Origin: Candidatus Iainarchaeum sp.
Lineage (GTDB): Archaea; B1Sed10-29; WALL01
Direction: 5' to 3'
Assembly: GCA_021162685.1 (NCBI GenBank)
Contig: JAGGYF010000017.1
Location: 1 to 17,980, forward strand
DNA: 17,980 nucleotides
In this document: piece by piece, positions 16,534 through 17,980 of the stretch
Numbering within the stretch: position 1 is the stretch's first letter
How the letters are laid out: every line of letters begins with the position of its first letter
Made by a program: the position numbers and the translations under genes
The notes under the pieces: model-generated
What the model was told of the DNA's origin: nothing
Database searches by the model: none
What the model saw: only the letters and a program-made list of their open reading frames with translations

Positions 16534-16913
16534 TTTCTTTTCACTCCCACTTCAAGTAATCCTGATGAATGCAGCCCATTATCCTCTATAAGTATAGGTA
16601 AGGATACGAATACTGAATAATTTGCATCTGTACCACATTCCCATTTTCTATTGTTATCAAGATCCGTAACAATTGCCTTTATCTTATACTCAGCTGATAT
16701 AGGTATCCAGTCACAGCTGCCTATTCTACTCTGTTCAAATATAAGGTCTCTGCTATATGCAATATCCTCTGCAATATCCAGTGCTGCCCTATGGATACTC
16801 CCTACTGTTGTTCTTTTTGAATAGTCTGTTAGCATACTGGTCAGGCCAATTATTATGATTACAAGTGCAATGGATATGGGTATTAGTGAAGGTATATCCT
16901 CACCTATTGGCGT
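16530..16913 (-). CDS. Membrane-anchored pilin-locus protein, 127 aa, probable ACG start
   Basis: Frame is open upstream of ATG 16835 and encodes (M)PIGEDIPSLIPISIALVIIIIGLTS; GGAGGTGA at 16918-16925 is 4 nt before ACG 16913. Confidence 0.7.
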   Translation of the reverse strand, partial: TPIGEDIPSLIPISIALVIIIIGLTSMLTDYSKRTTVGSIHRAALDIAEDIAYSRDLIFEQSRIGSCDWIPISAEYKIKAIVTDLDNNRKWECGTDANYSVFVSLPILIEDNGLHSSGLLEVGVKRK

Positions 16914-17293
16914 GCTCTCACCTCCACCTCTCCTGCCCGCTTCTCTATTGTCAATTGTGTCACATTAGATAATTCAGTTGCCCTGACACTACATATTACT
17001 CCCTTTTCTATGTATACTCCCCCTCTTTCTACAGAAACATAATACATCCCATCCCTACTACTGATATTTAATGCATCAACCTCGGCTTTAATGTTCGCTC
17101 TTATAGGAAATGGGGATGCACATACACTATCTATCGCCCTTGCGATATGCTCTGCTTCTTGTCGTGTTCTATCCATTTTCTCAAAATTCTGTTGTACAAA
17201 TAGAAAGCCAATTAGCGCGCTAAAAATCATTATTGAAAACAAGAGTACAGAAAACTTTGTGGATAACCACGCAATAAATCCTTTTTCATGCAC
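16904..17293 (-). CDS. Pilin-like protein with class III-type signal peptide
   Basis: MHEKG|FIAWLSTKFSVLLFSIMIFSALIGFLF followed by the EAEHIARAIDSV helix common in archaeal pilin-like proteins; GTG start. Confidence 0.7.
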   Translation of the reverse strand: MHEKGFIAWLSTKFSVLLFSIMIFSALIGFLFVQQNFEKMDRTRQEAEHIARAIDSVCASPFPIRANIKAEVDALNISSRDGMYYVSVERGGVYIEKGVICSVRATELSNVTQLTIEKRAGEVEVRARQ

Positions 17294-17301
17294 ATTATCA
17301 C

Positions 17302-17979
17302 TCAGTCAATAAGTTTCTCAAATCCTGATAATCCAGATGATATACTTCTCCTTTCTTGTTTTTGTTCAATCTTTGGCATATCTATCTTAACGAATGAGCT
17401 AATATTTATCTTTCCAGTTCTTACCGCAACCACAAGTACAATAAATAACATAAGCAATACAAACGAGCCCGCATATTCTAGAACGTCTTTTGCTATGTTA
17501 AACCCACCAAGCGCTAGAAGAGCAGTTTCCCTTCTCAACTTATCCTGTGAAGCCTGCTCTTCACTAGGTGTGGCGTTCACAACCTCTTGCGCTTTTGTCT
17601 CATTTGATACTACTGCTGTTTCCCCTGCTGTTCCTATATTTTCCGTTTCTGCGCTATTCGTCTCATTCCCCTCGGTTGTCTGCGGCATCTCTCCGTACAC
17701 TTCAGGAGGAGCCATTCCTTTTATGATGTCTTCCATCTCAGAAAAGATTTTTTCTTTATTTATGGTATATGTTATGGTAAATCTGTCCCCCTCTGAAACA
17801 TCTCCAACGTCTAATTTGAATACAGGATCTTCCTCCATAACTGTATAACTTGCTCCGCCCACATCTATGGAAGATGCCTTATCTGCAAATGATTTTGGAA
17901 CATCCTGTACAATTATTAAGCCGTTTATTTCTTTATCCACCTTATACCTATCAATAATCTTGGTGGAGTAGGTATTATA
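17302..17979 (-). CDS. 3' part of a membrane-anchored surface protein; 5' end lies outside the window
   Basis: Frame open to the window edge (YNTYSTKIIDRYKVDKE...); VQDVPKSFA..VMEEDPVF beta domain, E/T-rich linker with NxT sequons, C-terminal TM. Confidence 0.8.
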   Translation of the reverse strand, partial: YNTYSTKIIDRYKVDKEINGLIIVQDVPKSFADKASSIDVGGASYTVMEEDPVFKLDVGDVSEGDRFTITYTINKEKIFSEMEDIIKGMAPPEVYGEMPQTTEGNETNSAETENIGTAGETAVVSNETKAQEVVNATPSEEQASQDKLRRETALLALGGFNIAKDVLEYAGSFVLLMLFIVLVVAVRTGKINISSFVKIDMPKIEQKQERRSISSGLSGFEKLID

Positions 17980-17980
17980 T

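Overview
Archaeal chromosomal window of roughly 36-38% GC (estimated by eye). Evidence: a gar1-tfb pair, Sec61beta, GAGGTGA Shine-Dalgarno sites and TATA boxes about 25-30 nt before leaderless starts. The overall content looks DPANN-like, but that is inference. Left to right: tfb and gar1; a minus-strand run of Mrp/NBP35, a CPA2 antiporter, an unannotated 50-aa Cys-rich protein, a stand-alone lamin-tail-domain protein and an HD hydrolase; a GNAT gene, a C-terminally curtailed kinase-like gene and a 65-aa aminotransferase stub; a PIG-L/HAD/CYTH/GlmU-like operon; a Cys-repeat surface protein; Sec61beta (missing from the ORF track); two tandem transglutaminase-like/TPR paralogs; a membrane-anchored protein; and a cluster of pilin-like (class III signal peptide) genes. 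The strongest novelty candidate is a set of orphan, putative protein-modifying enzymes (GNAT, kinase-like, two TGase-TPR). They share strongly basic terminal peptides, and three share a TTGCAAAAATA element just before the ATG. They may be exported effectors. The TGase-TPR pair shows a catalytic Cys-to-Ser swap, independent TPR expansions and a frameshifted-off basic amphipathic tail. Other oddities are a probable ACG start codon and a duplication of at least 30 bp of the tfb 3' end around a hairpin. No rRNA, tRNA, CRISPR array, transposase, integrase or reverse transcriptase was recognised.
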